Sequence record: SRR20825006_1762
Direction: 5' to 3' (one strand)
Length of the DNA: 36,648 nucleotides
Part shown: positions 35,992-36,648 of the stretch, piece after piece
Layout of the letters: each line of letters begins with the position of its first letter
How positions within the stretch are numbered: the stretch's first letter is position 1
Position numbers and translations under genes: made by a program
The notes under the pieces: generated by a model
The model's database searches: none
What the model saw: the letters and a program-made list of their open reading frames with translations, nothing else
Told to the model about the DNA's origin: nothing

Positions 35992-36588
35992 TTGAACGAG
36001 AAAACCCAAGAAGAACAGCACGCGGTTGATGCACTGAAAGCCGATTTGCGCAAAGAAGCGCATGCTCGGCGTGTAGCCTTGTCGGCTTCTTTTAGAAAAG
36101 AGGCAGCGTTGGCAGCGGCAGAAACCTTTATCGCCGCTGTGCCTGTGCCATTTAAGCAAACTATTTCCATTTATTGGGCGATACGCGATGAGTTGGATTG
36201 TAAGCCCTTGCTCACCCATTTTATGGATGATGGGCATCAAGTTTGTTTGCCTGTGGTTATGGGCGCTGATCAGCCGTTGGAAATGCGGTTATGGTCGCCA
36301 AGCGAGCCACTGATCCCAAGCGGATTTAACACGTTAGCGCCACCTGCTAGCGCTGCAAAAGTGATCCCTGATATTGTTGTAACGCCATTGTTGGGCTTTG
36401 ACGCGGTGGGCACGCGGCTTGGATATGGAGGCGGATATTATGATCGCAGCCTTGCATCTTGGCCGCAAAAGCCCTTATTGGTGGGCTACGCCTTTGGCGT
36501 GCAAGAGTTTGACCATTTGCCGCGTGACACGCATGATGTGCCCTTGGATATGGTGGTTACAGAAAATGGAGTGAGGCGGTTCTCCTAA
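35992..36588 (+). CDS. ygfA: 5-formyltetrahydrofolate cyclo-ligase
   Basis: K..LR..A..RR, YW....ELD, LPV, PLLGFD..G.RLGYGGGYYDR, HD.PLD.VVTE; start uncertain (TTG 35971 or 35992). Confidence 0.92.
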   Translation: MNEKTQEEQHAVDALKADLRKEAHARRVALSASFRKEAALAAAETFIAAVPVPFKQTISIYWAIRDELDCKPLLTHFMDDGHQVCLPVVMGADQPLEMRLWSPSEPLIPSGFNTLAPPASAAKVIPDIVVTPLLGFDAVGTRLGYGGGYYDRSLASWPQKPLLVGYAFGVQEFDHLPRDTHDVPLDMVVTENGVRRFS

Positions 36589-36609
36589 CCGCACAGCAGG
36601 GCGCAATCT

Positions 36610-36648
36610 ATGCGGATTTTGTTTTTAGGCGATGTGATGGGCCGCGCG
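36610..36648 (+). CDS. YmdB/TIGR00282-family metallophosphoesterase, N-terminal fragment
   Basis: MRILFLGDVMGRA matches the family N-terminus; usual position downstream of the cyclo-ligase. Only 13 codons visible. Confidence 0.75.
   Translation, partial: MRILFLGDVMGRA

Overview
Mostly core chromosome of an alphaproteobacterium (Hyphomicrobiales/Rhizobiales-type gene order, roughly 50% GC by eye; a Devosiaceae/Maritalea-like host is a guess, not a determination). Order: 3' end of pntB; cytochrome b561 / MarR divergon plus a membrane-embedded alpha/beta-hydrolase-like protein; DUF6058-like gene + ArsR; DsbA/FrnE; rpsU; purEK; two divergent DUF465 genes; kefF-kefC-TauE; trcR (DUF1013); quinone oxidoreductase; DUF1192; amidase and GT87; a candidate CtrA-box-driven sRNA and rcdA; rpmE; MsbA-like ABC exporter; an orphan MotA/ExbB-like + MotB/OmpA-like pair; suhB, efp, Sel1 protein, ThiE-like; fba; a 4.3 kb accessory cassette (MDR reductase, 4-TM protein, XRE regulator, methyltransferase, MDR reductase, DUF4386) lying between pgk and fba; pgk-gap-tkt; DUF4164-zapA-6S RNA-5-FTHF cyclo-ligase-ymdB (5' end). 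No transposase, integrase, tRNA, rRNA or CRISPR array was seen. The strongest unexplained signals are (i) an array of four to five 18-bp palindromes repeated every 21 bp upstream of the XRE/membrane-protein cassette, (ii) a three-hairpin sRNA candidate with an anti-Shine-Dalgarno motif behind a perfect CtrA box next to rcdA, and (iii) a stand-alone ion-motor-like gene pair with no flagellar, Ton/Tol or Zorya partners in the window. Family names come from recognition of sequence motifs, not from database searches.
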